Virus record (IMG/VR): IMGVR_UViG_3300025848_000049
Span: 1-56,136 of that record
Length of the DNA: 56,136 bases
Reading direction: 5' to 3' (one strand)
DNA from: a virus
Lineage: Duplodnaviria; Caudoviricetes
A model generated the notes under the pieces. It searched no databases, was not told the origin of the DNA, and saw only the letters and a program-made list of their open reading frames with translations. This document shows, piece by piece, positions 20,816 to 30,669 of the stretch. A program made the translations under genes and the position numbers. Position 1 is the stretch's first letter, and each line of letters starts with the position of its first letter.

Positions 20816-21421
20816 TCATTCCTTGGGAACAGGAATGGGCTCGTAGCCTTTGTTGATCTTGGGCCTGACCTGTGCGTGGTCGCGGTGCCCAAGACCACCT
20901 TCCGGCGGGCCATTAAGCTGTTCTTCCTTGGCGCGGACCTGATTGCGCGCCTTCCGAAGCTCAAGAGACCGCATTTCTTCCGTGATGACCGTCGGGCGTT
21001 CCATAAGGATCATGCCCTTACGCTCAATGGTGGCATAAGAGCCGGTAGAGGGCATCTCTTCCGGGTGGCGGTTGGCAGGAACTTCTGTCCAACCCTTCTG
21101 CTTCAGTCCAAGAATGTGCGTATGGTCTTCCGCGCCAAGCGTGGACTTGCGCTTCCACTCATAAGTCCAGCCATCGGGAGCGTCAGGCAGCGCAAACTCG
21201 TCAATACCGCCTTCCATATCGCCCAAATGACCGCGAATTTCAGCGGCACGACGCGCAGCAGCCGCGCGAGGGTCTTCTTCACGCATCGGGGGCCTCATAG
21301 GCGGACGCTCCATCGTCTCCACCGGCTCTTCAGCCGCCAGATTACGGGTAGGAAGCACGGGTTTCTGCGAATTGGGGCGACGACCACGCGGGCGCGGGGC
21401 GTTTTCAGCGTTGTTGTCCAT
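20816..21421 (-). CDS. Head-module hypothetical protein
   Basis: PDGWTYEWKR...GW..VP...HPE...GMILMERP; between scaffold and capsid genes. Confidence 0.7.
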   Translation of the reverse strand: MDNNAENAPRPRGRRPNSQKPVLPTRNLAAEEPVETMERPPMRPPMREEDPRAAAARRAAEIRGHLGDMEGGIDEFALPDAPDGWTYEWKRKSTLGAEDHTHILGLKQKGWTEVPANRHPEEMPSTGSYATIERKGMILMERPTVITEEMRSLELRKARNQVRAKEEQLNGPPEGGLGHRDHAQVRPKINKGYEPIPVPKE

Positions 21422-21431
21422 TTAATCCTCC

Positions 21432-22343
21432 TCAGTGAACGCGATTGCGCTCTTTAATCATCTGACGGGCGTATTCTTCCTCAGTAACACCGCTAATCCG
21501 TGCAGCTTCACGCTGTTCCGGCGTCAACTTGACCACGTGCGGCTTGTTTCCGCTGGACGTAGAGGGCTGACGTGACACGGGAGCCGCCGGAGGCGACTGA
21601 CGGCGCTGCACAGGAGCCGCCGCAACAGACATGGCGGGCTCTGGAGGCGCTGTTTCACTCTTAGAAATGCCCAATCTGCCTTCCACAAACCGGAAATACT
21701 CGTCCGATTCGGGGATAATGCCGTGGTCAACGGCGTCTTCATGGGCCCGCGCCATAATACGGAAAGACCGGGGGTCCTTCAGATTGTCACGGTTGTTCTG
21801 CAACCACTGAGCAGACAGCGGCGTGACACGCTGGATAAGGTCATCCACCGGTGACACGTTAGACGGAGGCGGAGCCACAGGCCGAACCGGAGGTCGGTTC
21901 TGCATTTCCTGAAACCCATGCTCCAGTTGCAGCAACTTGGCAGAGTTGTTTGACATCATCTCTTGGTATTCAGCGGCCTTATCGTAGTCGCCAATAGACC
22001 AAGCCTCTTTGATGTTCGCCTTCAGGATTTCCTGATCGCGCTTAACCGTGTCAATCGCGTTTTTGACAAGGTGAAGATGGGTGTCTTCCACCTCTGTTGC
22101 CGCCTGATTCGCGCGGGCAGCAGCCTCACGAGCCCGCTTTTCCGCCTCTTCACGGGCCTGACGCTCTGCCTGAAGACGCCGGTTTAGCTCCTCAATGGCC
22201 GAATCAGGAGAGACAGCTACTTTTTCAGGTTCAGGAGCCGGAGCTTCCGGCTCATCTTCAGCTAGAAGCACAACCTCCGGCTCTGCTTCCACTTTTGGCT
22301 CATCACCAAGATCAAGGCTAATTTGGTTTTTATCGTCTGCCAT
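21432..22343 (-). CDS. Capsid scaffolding protein (putative)
   Basis: Acidic N-terminus, coiled coil, Pro-rich linker, C-terminal VKLTPEQREAARISGVTEEEYA. Confidence 0.7.
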   Translation of the reverse strand: MADDKNQISLDLGDEPKVEAEPEVVLLAEDEPEAPAPEPEKVAVSPDSAIEELNRRLQAERQAREEAEKRAREAAARANQAATEVEDTHLHLVKNAIDTVKRDQEILKANIKEAWSIGDYDKAAEYQEMMSNNSAKLLQLEHGFQEMQNRPPVRPVAPPPSNVSPVDDLIQRVTPLSAQWLQNNRDNLKDPRSFRIMARAHEDAVDHGIIPESDEYFRFVEGRLGISKSETAPPEPAMSVAAAPVQRRQSPPAAPVSRQPSTSSGNKPHVVKLTPEQREAARISGVTEEEYARQMIKERNRVH

Positions 22344-22354
22344 AGGAAATCTCC

Positions 22355-22747
22355 TTACCAAGCAGCGTCAGGATGCGGAACGCGCCCTTGCACAAGAGCG
22401 TCATCAACAATTCGGCAAAGAACGCCGTTGACAGTGATGCTCCAAGCATCGCTAGGACGCACGATCAGCCAGTCGTGCATGTTGATTTCAACGTCTTGAA
22501 ACCACTTCCCGGCGTCATCCTCAAAAGCAAGATTGCCTTTTTTAACCAAAAGGCCGACTTTGGACTGAAATTTGTCCTCTTCTCGGTTTTGGTCCGGCAA
22601 AAAGAACCCGCTTTTGGTCTTCTCCGGGCGCAAATAGACCGCGATCAAGAGTTTATTGTTGAACAATTCAATCCCTGACAGATCGCCAATCTCGCTAATC
22701 AACTTCTCCTTTGGATCAACCTCATGATCCATCACCATGTATGGCAT
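22355..22747 (-). CDS. GroES-like co-chaperonin
   Basis: PEKTKSGFFLP...VGLLVKKG.LAF...CRIVDD pattern of the Cpn10 family. Confidence 0.72.
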   Translation of the reverse strand: MPYMVMDHEVDPKEKLISEIGDLSGIELFNNKLLIAVYLRPEKTKSGFFLPDQNREEDKFQSKVGLLVKKGNLAFEDDAGKWFQDVEINMHDWLIVRPSDAWSITVNGVLCRIVDDALVQGRVPHPDAAW

Positions 22748-22749
22748 GT

Positions 22750-22968
22750 TTAAGCCCCCTCTTCCTTACCGTTAACAATGGCTTGCGCCTCATCAACAAG
22801 CTCTAAAGCCTGCCGAAGTCCTCTGATTATTCCTACTTGGTGTTTGTATGTGGCAAAGTCAAAGTCTTCCATGACATGAATAGTTGTCAGAGACTCTTTA
22901 AGCCGCTCTATTTCTTGAGAAATAAGATCATCTAGCTTGCGCCTGAACAGCGCATGATTGGTCAACAT
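22750..22968 (-). CDS. Hypothetical protein
   Basis: DFATYKHQVGIIRGL motif; operon position. Confidence 0.65.
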   Translation of the reverse strand: MLTNHALFRRKLDDLISQEIERLKESLTTIHVMEDFDFATYKHQVGIIRGLRQALELVDEAQAIVNGKEEGA

Positions 22969-23067
22969 ATCGTCCCCCGTGACGATCCCCCTGTATGTAA
23001 GGTGGGACGGGAGATGGAGGGGGCCCAGTCTCCCGTCCCGATTCGCAACGTCTCGGGCCGCTGCGAA

Positions 23068-24339
23068 TTAGTGTTTGCGCGACTGAATTTCCGTCTTTTC
23101 CAGTCGGCCAAGACCCGAGCCAGCGCCCGCGTCCATATCCTTGTAGGAGCGATAGACCTTGCCGCCAGCCTTGCGAGCCGACCGCTTGTTCTCCTGAATT
23201 TCAGTCTTCTGAAGACGGCCCTCACCCGAACCAGCGCCCGCAGTCATGTTCTTATAAGACGCGCGGCCACCACGCTTGCGCGCCATGGGCGGCATCTGAG
23301 GAGGCATCTGCGGCGGAGGAGCCGGAGGCGCGGCCATCGGCATCGGGGGCGGACCACCCTGCGGGCCACCCGGAACCGGAATCGGAAGACCCGGAGGCGG
23401 CGCACCCGGAGGAGGAGCCATCATGCCGTCGGGCTGATCACCCTTGCCAGCCGCAATGATGATGTTGATGTTGGTCTTGCCCTTAGCGCGACCGCCATCT
23501 TTGCGAGCCATACGGCCACCGGGAACAACGCCCGGAACCTTTTCGGGATAGCCCGCGCCAGAAAACACACCGCCGCCGCTCTCACGGTTCATGCGCTTCA
23601 TGCCACCCTGAGACTTACCGGTGCGAGCTTCAGGCTTCACCATCTTCTTGATGAGGGCCTTGTCCATCGCCTCGTCAGGGTGCTTGGCCTTGCCGCCGTT
23701 CTTCAGGCCGGGCGTGACAGGGTTGCCTGCGAACTCCATGGCCTTGTCTTTCACCATGGACATGCGGGGATCGCCCATCATCGGGCCACCCATCATCTTT
23801 TTGGTGCGGCCACCGGACTTGCGGCCTTCCATAAACTTCTGCGCTTCAGCAGCAGACATCCCACGCATTTCAGGCTTGGTATCAAGGTCTTTCGGGCGCG
23901 CGGGCGGCAGCGGAGGGTTTTTGGGCAGCTTGCTCTCGGGCTCCGCCTTGGTCGCGGCAGGCGAGACAACCTTCTTGTTGCCCTCGTAAAGACCTCCGCC
24001 ATGCTCTTTCTTGGCGCGACCACCCTTCTTCATGCCCCCAACGTGCTTGAGGCCCTCACGGTCCTCGTTGGCGTCCTTGACGTTGCGGTTGATCTTGGCA
24101 TTGGCATAGGAGCGGGGCGTGACACCCAGATTGGACTTGGCCTTCTCGCCAGTCACCTTGCCACCAGACTTAAACGCGCGGCGCGAAATTGGGCGCAGAC
24201 CCGTCTTTACGTCAGCGTTCAGAGCGTCCTTGGGCGGCTCGTAGCTGGAAGAATCAACCTTAGCGCCGGGCTCGCCAGCGGCGATCCTCTTCGCCTTGCT
24301 CTTCATGGCCTCGCGGGCCTTCTTGGCAACGTCGTACAT
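23068..24339 (-). CDS. Low-complexity K/G/P-rich protein with many (R/K)xxGG motifs; internal head protein candidate
   Basis: FKSGG, MKKGG, RKSGG, LKNGG, RKDGG, RKRGG, RKAGG; duplicated YK.M.AGAGSG.GRL.KTEIQ. Confidence 0.7.
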   Translation of the reverse strand: MYDVAKKAREAMKSKAKRIAAGEPGAKVDSSSYEPPKDALNADVKTGLRPISRRAFKSGGKVTGEKAKSNLGVTPRSYANAKINRNVKDANEDREGLKHVGGMKKGGRAKKEHGGGLYEGNKKVVSPAATKAEPESKLPKNPPLPPARPKDLDTKPEMRGMSAAEAQKFMEGRKSGGRTKKMMGGPMMGDPRMSMVKDKAMEFAGNPVTPGLKNGGKAKHPDEAMDKALIKKMVKPEARTGKSQGGMKRMNRESGGGVFSGAGYPEKVPGVVPGGRMARKDGGRAKGKTNINIIIAAGKGDQPDGMMAPPPGAPPPGLPIPVPGGPQGGPPPMPMAAPPAPPPQMPPQMPPMARKRGGRASYKNMTAGAGSGEGRLQKTEIQENKRSARKAGGKVYRSYKDMDAGAGSGLGRLEKTEIQSRKH

Positions 24340-24351
24340 GCTTGCTCCTAG

Positions 24352-25407
24352 CTAGGTTCTGGGGCGTCCCCCATGCTGCCGGGAAGGGGGCTTGGGCAGC
24401 GGCAAGCCTTTGCGGAAACTTAGCATAAGCGCCCTGTCAACAACAGAGCCGCCCTTGTTTTTGCCAAGGCCAATTTGCCTAGCGTACTCAGGGTCAAATT
24501 CTGCCCACCTAGAACGTAGGTTTTCTGGCAGAAGAATTAAGTAACTGACATTTCCTCTGTCTTCGACTGAATTGATATATGGGATATGGTCATATCCTTG
24601 TGATTTTAAGTATTTTTCGTAAGCCACTTTAGCATTTATAGAGTCTGGTTTTAGTTTATTTTTGTCTGCAAAGACAGTTACTTTTCGGCGCAGTTCAGCT
24701 TCAGAGAACGGCTCTCCATTACTTTTGACAAATGGTTTTTCCATGCGGGCAAGCAAAGGCATAATAGAGCCTGCCTGATTTTCATTAGCCAACCCACTTC
24801 CAAGCCCATAATCTTTACCAAAATATTTACGCAGACGGTCTTCAGCGGCTTGCAAGCTGCCAACATGCACCCCTAAAAGATCATGCCTTTGCGGGCCGCG
24901 ATACATCCTAAATTCGTCAAAAGGCTCCGTCGCGCGCGTGGCGTGATAAACATCACTGGTAAAACCAAGTTCCCTTGCTCTTGCTAATCTTTCAGCTTCA
25001 GAAGCCGCCAGTTTAGCGCCTGTTGACCCCAGCGCCCCAGCCGGAGCCATTCCAAACCCGCCGCCCATGACGGTTCCGGCTAGTTCCGTAGCGCGCTGAA
25101 TAGCTTCGTCGGATTTGGGGTCTAGGCGTCCCTGATAGGCGTCACCGGGCGCTGTCACGCCGCTCATGATGCCCTTTGCCATTCTGACAGGCCATGTCTG
25201 ACCAAGAACCTCGCCAACATCCGCCATCTTCTCTCTGGTGTCCAACTGCTTGGCGTAGTTGACCAGATCATTCGCGGCGACGTTCTGCTCTTCCTGCGTG
25301 CGCGGGAACATGCCCTCCGGCGTGCCGCCATCCTGCATGACCTGACGCCCCACATGCGGAAGGTAATGGGTCGGATATTGGTCTTGCAGGAGGCGGGGCT
25401 TCTTCAT
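24352..25407 (-). CDS. Protein with ADP-ribosyltransferase-like (ART-PolyVal) domain
   Basis: VYHAT...FDEF...GVHVG...IMPLLAR...GYD.I.Y.N..E...Y....PENLRS..AEFDP pattern. Confidence 0.65.
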   Translation of the reverse strand: MKKPRLLQDQYPTHYLPHVGRQVMQDGGTPEGMFPRTQEEQNVAANDLVNYAKQLDTREKMADVGEVLGQTWPVRMAKGIMSGVTAPGDAYQGRLDPKSDEAIQRATELAGTVMGGGFGMAPAGALGSTGAKLAASEAERLARARELGFTSDVYHATRATEPFDEFRMYRGPQRHDLLGVHVGSLQAAEDRLRKYFGKDYGLGSGLANENQAGSIMPLLARMEKPFVKSNGEPFSEAELRRKVTVFADKNKLKPDSINAKVAYEKYLKSQGYDHIPYINSVEDRGNVSYLILLPENLRSRWAEFDPEYARQIGLGKNKGGSVVDRALMLSFRKGLPLPKPPSRQHGGRPRT

Positions 25408-25408
25408 G

Positions 25409-26461
25409 TCAGCGCTGCGTCAGGAGATGATGGATGATCTCCAAAGCCTTATGGATCGCCGCGTCTTTGCCCCCCGCGCCAGCGCCCGTGCGCCCGCCAG
25501 AGGCCCGGCCAACAAACTCTTCCTTGTTCTTTTCCAGCTCACGCATTGCCTTGTCTGCGCGAACAAAGTCAGCAGCACTACCCTCGTCGCCCCAATTCAG
25601 AACTGCGCGCTGCGGAGCCCCGCCAGCGGTCGGCCCCTGCGGACGCTCAACCACTCGTTGGCTGGTAGACTGGTAATCTTCACGTCCTGACGCAGCAGGC
25701 GCAGCAGCGGCCTGCGTGACACGACGAGCCAGCGGAACCGACTTGCGAACCGCAGCCGCATAAGCAGCCTGTCCGTCATCCGTGTAGCCGCCGGTAAGAG
25801 GCACCCCCGGAGTTTCGCTGCGCACGTCGTCGGAGAATGGCATCCCAGCAACGCCGCCAGACATTCCCTCGCTCTCATAGCCGGGCAGGTCACGGAACCG
25901 GTACTGAGCGTCCGACATCCCATAATCAACTGGCGCATTGCGACGGTTTATGGCACCAGCCGGGTCGCCTTCCGCACGCTGCGGCAGATAGTCAAGCAGG
26001 CTTGTGGGTGATTCGGCCAGCACCGCAGCGCCAGTAGCGCCCGCCGCGCCCGTGGTATTGAGGAGACGCTGCATACGAGGATCAGCCAGCAGGGCTCCCT
26101 GACCCGTCAAGGCCCCGCCAGACGGCGCGCCCGCAACAGCCGGAACACCAGCAGCAGGACCAGCCGCAGCCGGAACGCCCGCAGGAGCGCGAGCCGCCGG
26201 AGAGGTTGATCCGCGCAGAGCCACCGCGCTACCCGGAGGCGTCGTTACAGGACCGGCAGGCACCACGTCGCCAAACTTCGGCTTGCCAACAAGGCTGAAG
26301 CCGCGATTAGCGCCCTCCATGCTCTGCGTGCCACGCGCCGCACGAGCAATCTTCTCAGCGCGCTCCGTAGCCGCAGCGCCTCGCATTGCAGGAGCAGAAC
26401 GCGCCCCCATTTGAGCCAAAGCCCGCAAGGCTAGAATGGCGGGAGGAATAATCGCAACCAT
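25409..26461 (-). CDS. Ala/Gly-rich internal virion protein candidate
   Basis: TGATG-coupled to the portal gene; low complexity; C-terminal RASGG...HKALEII. Confidence 0.6.
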   Translation of the reverse strand: MVAIIPPAILALRALAQMGARSAPAMRGAAATERAEKIARAARGTQSMEGANRGFSLVGKPKFGDVVPAGPVTTPPGSAVALRGSTSPAARAPAGVPAAAGPAAGVPAVAGAPSGGALTGQGALLADPRMQRLLNTTGAAGATGAAVLAESPTSLLDYLPQRAEGDPAGAINRRNAPVDYGMSDAQYRFRDLPGYESEGMSGGVAGMPFSDDVRSETPGVPLTGGYTDDGQAAYAAAVRKSVPLARRVTQAAAAPAASGREDYQSTSQRVVERPQGPTAGGAPQRAVLNWGDEGSAADFVRADKAMRELEKNKEEFVGRASGGRTGAGAGGKDAAIHKALEIIHHLLTQR

Positions 26462-28728
26462 CACATTAGCCCTTTCTGTTGCCGGTCAGCCTCGACTTCT
26501 TCAAGGGCCGGACGGACAAGCGGTTCAATAAGACCGACGTTTTCAGGATGCTGAAGAACGTCCTGCGCCAAGTCAATCAACTGCGTGCGCTCTTGGCTAA
26601 GACGGTTCTGGCGGTCGTTGTGCATCTCCGCCATCTTGTCTTCATCGCCCGCAAGGTCTTTCTGGGCCCGCAACATTTCCAACTGCGCACGCTGCTGGTC
26701 CATGCCAATCTTGGCGTCAATCTCTTTGGCGCGGGTTTGGCTATCCAGCATACGCGCTTCGGAGTTGCGCTTGTTGTTTTCCATTTCCGCCATGGCCTCC
26801 AGAAGCTCCGGCGGGGGCTTATCACGAGCAGAGGCCGGGGCCATAAACTGCTCGGGGTTATTCCAGCCAATGGCTTGCAGGGCGGCAACGTCCACCGCAA
26901 TCGGGTCATAAAGAGACGGGCTGGCCTGCTGAAGCTGCTTCAGCGCCATGATCTTCATGAGGCGCTGCGACTGGCTCGCGGTATTGGGATCGGCCTGCGG
27001 GACAAGATCGCAATCATCCAACGCAGCCATAAACGTCTTCTCATCCCACGGGTAAGCGGGACGGCGGTTCTTCTGCCAGAAGCTCTCGGGATGCTCCTTG
27101 AACTCCCTCGCCAAAAGGGAGAACTCGTCAGCTTGCGCGGCATGAAGGCGCTTGTGAACCGAGTTAACCACCTTCTGCGCCTGCTCAATCATCGCGAGCG
27201 TGGTGCCGACCGGAGCATCCGGCTTGCCTTCCGTCACCATGACTTCAGACGTGCCACCCACGCGCATACCCGTGTCAGCCATCTGCGTGACAAGGTTCAT
27301 GAGTGCGCCGGACGGCTCTTTGTACGGCAGCGGCATCACAGCTTGCGTGATAGGCATACCATTTGTTTTAACAGTTGCGCCTCCGCCCGGAGGAACGCGG
27401 AAGATATTTGTATTCTGGCGTGCGCCCGTGTCCGCCATAAGGAAGCCGGGAAAATTGTTATACATGCCAGCGTCAAGTAGCTCACGCCACGCAGCAGTGA
27501 TAGCGTTAGTCGTGTTGCCCAGAATGTGAAGAAGGCCGATGTCATAGAAGCCCATCCCCGGAACAAACGTATATTTCACAAAGTTCTGACGGGCGGTAGG
27601 AAGCTCCTGATCGTCCTCATCGTAGTTGCGGACGATGCTCAGGATTTCTTTGGTAGATGCGTCAATCGTGATGCGGTAAGGAATCTCCAGCCCGGTTTCC
27701 TTACCCTTGTAGCGATGCTCAAATCCGCGAATGTCTAGCTCGCAATAGCACTCGTAGATTTCGCGGTCGCGATCATCCGGGTTGTAGCTGTCAGGACTGA
27801 TACCCTGCTGGCTCATCTGCTCGCGCTGCACGCTATCAAGCTGCGGAGCTTTTGGCGTAGACAGATCAATGTCACGGTACACGCCCAAAATCTGCAACCG
27901 CTTCACAGTAGAAGGGCGCATGTACACGCGATGCGTGATGCGTTTGGCGTTGCGCAGATCGGTGGCGGAGTTGTTGACGATCAGATCGTCGGCATCCACG
28001 CTCTCTGACACGGGCCGGTTGCGCAGCGGGCAGAAGTAGACCTTCTTGAACGCCGAGCCACCGAAACCAAGCATGAGCAACATGCGGTCAGTGTCAGGGT
28101 AGTATTCCGTGGCGATGCTAGTCAGATAGTGATTAAGATCGCGCTGGAGCGCGTTAGCCATCTGATCTTGCTGCAACGTGGCGCGGGTAGAGTCATTCCT
28201 GATCTTCACCGGGCCATCGGTGGGAAGAAGCTCTGATCGCGCGTTGGCCTGAAATCGCAACACAGCTTCCAGCAGCAGAGGGTGTCGGACCTTTGACATG
28301 CCCTCAACCGGTGCGCCGTCAGCCGCGCCCGCCAGACCGGGGATTTCAATCTTCAAACCAAGGAGCTTGATGCCTTGCGCGCGGTCTTCAATCCACTCTT
28401 TGCGGCTATCCAAGTCGTCTTGGATGCCCTTCATGATGTCAGCGGAGATACGGGACAGTTCGGCAGCGTCAATGTCATCAACCAGATTGTCAAACCAGCC
28501 CTCGCCAGAACGCGAGCGGGCGGATTCAATCGGCCTGCCATCTAGTGACACGGAGATAGAGCCGTCGGCATGTTCAATCTTGAGGATATTGCCAGCGACA
28601 TCCACTTCAGGGCGGTCTTCACCGCTGGCGTCGTCATACTCAATGATTACGTCGGTCTGCGCAGGCAGGGCTTCTTCTTCAGGGCCAGCCTGACGGATGT
28701 TCGGGACAAGACCGGGCGTAAGCGGCAT
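26461..28728 (-). CDS. Portal protein (P22-like, long C-terminal helical extension)
   Basis: 755 aa after terL; HPLLLEAVLRFQA, GSAFKKVY, GFYDIGL.H, PVGTTLA..E motifs. Confidence 0.88.
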   Translation of the reverse strand: MPLTPGLVPNIRQAGPEEEALPAQTDVIIEYDDASGEDRPEVDVAGNILKIEHADGSISVSLDGRPIESARSRSGEGWFDNLVDDIDAAELSRISADIMKGIQDDLDSRKEWIEDRAQGIKLLGLKIEIPGLAGAADGAPVEGMSKVRHPLLLEAVLRFQANARSELLPTDGPVKIRNDSTRATLQQDQMANALQRDLNHYLTSIATEYYPDTDRMLLMLGFGGSAFKKVYFCPLRNRPVSESVDADDLIVNNSATDLRNAKRITHRVYMRPSTVKRLQILGVYRDIDLSTPKAPQLDSVQREQMSQQGISPDSYNPDDRDREIYECYCELDIRGFEHRYKGKETGLEIPYRITIDASTKEILSIVRNYDEDDQELPTARQNFVKYTFVPGMGFYDIGLLHILGNTTNAITAAWRELLDAGMYNNFPGFLMADTGARQNTNIFRVPPGGGATVKTNGMPITQAVMPLPYKEPSGALMNLVTQMADTGMRVGGTSEVMVTEGKPDAPVGTTLAMIEQAQKVVNSVHKRLHAAQADEFSLLAREFKEHPESFWQKNRRPAYPWDEKTFMAALDDCDLVPQADPNTASQSQRLMKIMALKQLQQASPSLYDPIAVDVAALQAIGWNNPEQFMAPASARDKPPPELLEAMAEMENNKRNSEARMLDSQTRAKEIDAKIGMDQQRAQLEMLRAQKDLAGDEDKMAEMHNDRQNRLSQERTQLIDLAQDVLQHPENVGLIEPLVRPALEEVEADRQQKGLM

Positions 28729-28730
28729 GA

Positions 28731-28943
28731 CTAATCCTCTTCAGAGCCAAGCTGCTCCATCTCTTCTACGAAGCGGCGTATGCCCTCTTGGGCCGCTAGT
28801 GTATCGGATTTTGCTTGGATTTCATAGTGACGCACGTAATCGTGCGGTTCCTTGCCCCAAACCTCCACCTTGAACTTGCCAAGGCTAAAAACAGAGGATG
28901 GGATGATGATGTCTACTACCGCTTGAGCAAGAACCCGGCTCAT
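28731..28943 (-). CDS. Hypothetical protein
   Basis: ORF between terL and portal. Confidence 0.6.
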   Translation of the reverse strand: MSRVLAQAVVDIIIPSSVFSLGKFKVEVWGKEPHDYVRHYEIQAKSDTLAAQEGIRRFVEEMEQLGSEED

Positions 28944-28956
28944 TTCTCACCTTAAA

Positions 28957-30657
28957 CTATGCTGGATACAGTGGTTGCCACGTATTATTGCCTTGGAAGG
29001 TCATATTGGCTTCCGCTTCGGCTGACCATTCCGCGCCACGGACCAGAACTCCGGTGTCACGGAGGTGCCGCATCGCCATTGAGACAGTATCCACCAAGTC
29101 GTCGTGCTTTCCTTTGGGAAATTGGCCGACTTGGGCGATGACCATCTCCGCCCATTGCTTATTTGGCGCAAAAACTATGTTTTCGGCAAACAAATGTTGC
29201 ACAGAATAGAGCCGGGCGACCTTATCTTGGCCTTTTGGGTCAAACAAATGCACGCCAAACCGCTCAAAACCGTACAAACGGCGGATTTCTTGAGCTACGG
29301 AGTGGCCTGCGGCCTTATTTTCAATGAGCAGGGTGTCAACCTTGAATTTCCGGCAGCTATCTGACACCCGTGACACAAGATCATGTAGCTCATAACGCCC
29401 CTGCCAAGCGTACATGAGCATGACTCTGGGGTGACTTTCGGCAAAAGCACGCTCGTCGCCACCTAAAACCTTGACGTTTTGGGCTACAACGTCACCAGAG
29501 AACACGCCCCAGATGGTTAGAGCGGACGGATCGTTCTCTGTTTTGGTGGTGTAGGCCGTGTCGAGGCAGGCGATGATGAGCTCCATGTTGGGGTAGATGC
29601 TGCTATCCCATGGCTGCCACCATTCTCGCTTGATAATGCCGCCGCCTTTTGGCTCGGGGCGCTGCTGAAGCTGTCCGGCAGCAGCCCAAGGTCCGAGCTG
29701 ACGCTCCAAAATGGCGACTTCACCCTCGCCAAAACGTTCGGGCCAGAGGAGAGCGCCTTCACGGTCGTCTAGTTCCACCTGCGCTTCGGGGGAAATCGGT
29801 ATCCGTTCACCGTCTTCGGTTACCTCTACGAGGGGCGTACCGTCATCAGCGAGGCCACGGGGGTCATGCCACCCGATGGAGGTATAGCTGTGGCGCTGCC
29901 ATTCATATCTCATTGGCAGACAGAGGTGGGTCCATTCTCCTACGTCCTTGGAGAGGATATGTCCGGTCAGGTCTTCTTCCGAGAGCCTCTGCTGAATGAC
30001 GATGAACGCGCCCGTTTTGGGGTCATTGAGGCGGGTTGAGAGGGCCGAGTCCCACCACTCAATCGTGGACATGATGGTTGCTTCGGAGAACGCTTCTTGG
30101 GCGGCGTTCGGATCGTCCACAACAATAATTGAGCCACCCTCACCGGTGAGCGCAGAACCAACTGACGTTGAAAGACGGGACCCGTTCTTGTCATTGTCAA
30201 ACCTAGTCTTGGTGTTTTGGTCGCCGGTGAGCTTGAACCTGTCACCCCAGCGGGCCTGATACCACGGGCTTTCAATCAAGCGTCGGCATTTGACGCTATC
30301 GCGGAGAGAAAGCTGCTGGGCATATGAGGCGTGAAGGAACTGAACGCCCGGTCCAGACGTTGGGGTAAGCCACGGCTGCGCCCATACCCAAGCCGGAAAC
30401 GCCACAGAAGTGAGCGAGGACTTGGAGCAGCGGGGCGGGATGTTGATGATAAGCCGCCTAATATCTCCGTCGGCCACGGCTTGCAGATGTTCAGCCACAG
30501 CTTGGATCGGCCAACCGTCGGTGAAGCCAACAGAGTCTATGTGCTGCCAGCCGCCCTTGAGGAACGTATAGAGATCGTCCTCACAGTCCGTAGCGTCTAG
30601 CTGAAGAAGCTGCTTGTCTATGTCAATCTTAGCGCCGTCAATTTCCAGAAACGCCAC
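28957..30657 (-). CDS. terL: Terminase large subunit
   Basis: LIINIPPRCSKS (Walker A), IIVVDDP (Walker B), QQRP, DTAY, IENKAAG, FPKGKHDDLVD nuclease motifs. Confidence 0.95.
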   Translation of the reverse strand: MAFLEIDGAKIDIDKQLLQLDATDCEDDLYTFLKGGWQHIDSVGFTDGWPIQAVAEHLQAVADGDIRRLIINIPPRCSKSSLTSVAFPAWVWAQPWLTPTSGPGVQFLHASYAQQLSLRDSVKCRRLIESPWYQARWGDRFKLTGDQNTKTRFDNDKNGSRLSTSVGSALTGEGGSIIVVDDPNAAQEAFSEATIMSTIEWWDSALSTRLNDPKTGAFIVIQQRLSEEDLTGHILSKDVGEWTHLCLPMRYEWQRHSYTSIGWHDPRGLADDGTPLVEVTEDGERIPISPEAQVELDDREGALLWPERFGEGEVAILERQLGPWAAAGQLQQRPEPKGGGIIKREWWQPWDSSIYPNMELIIACLDTAYTTKTENDPSALTIWGVFSGDVVAQNVKVLGGDERAFAESHPRVMLMYAWQGRYELHDLVSRVSDSCRKFKVDTLLIENKAAGHSVAQEIRRLYGFERFGVHLFDPKGQDKVARLYSVQHLFAENIVFAPNKQWAEMVIAQVGQFPKGKHDDLVDTVSMAMRHLRDTGVLVRGAEWSAEAEANMTFQGNNTWQPLYPA

Positions 30658-30669
30658 GGCTGCCCCCTG

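Noticed and set aside
19596-27480. Long plus-strand ORFs (19596-20693, 22954-24351, 26479-27480)
   Set aside because: Antisense to capsid, internal protein and portal genes; expected in GC-rich coding DNA
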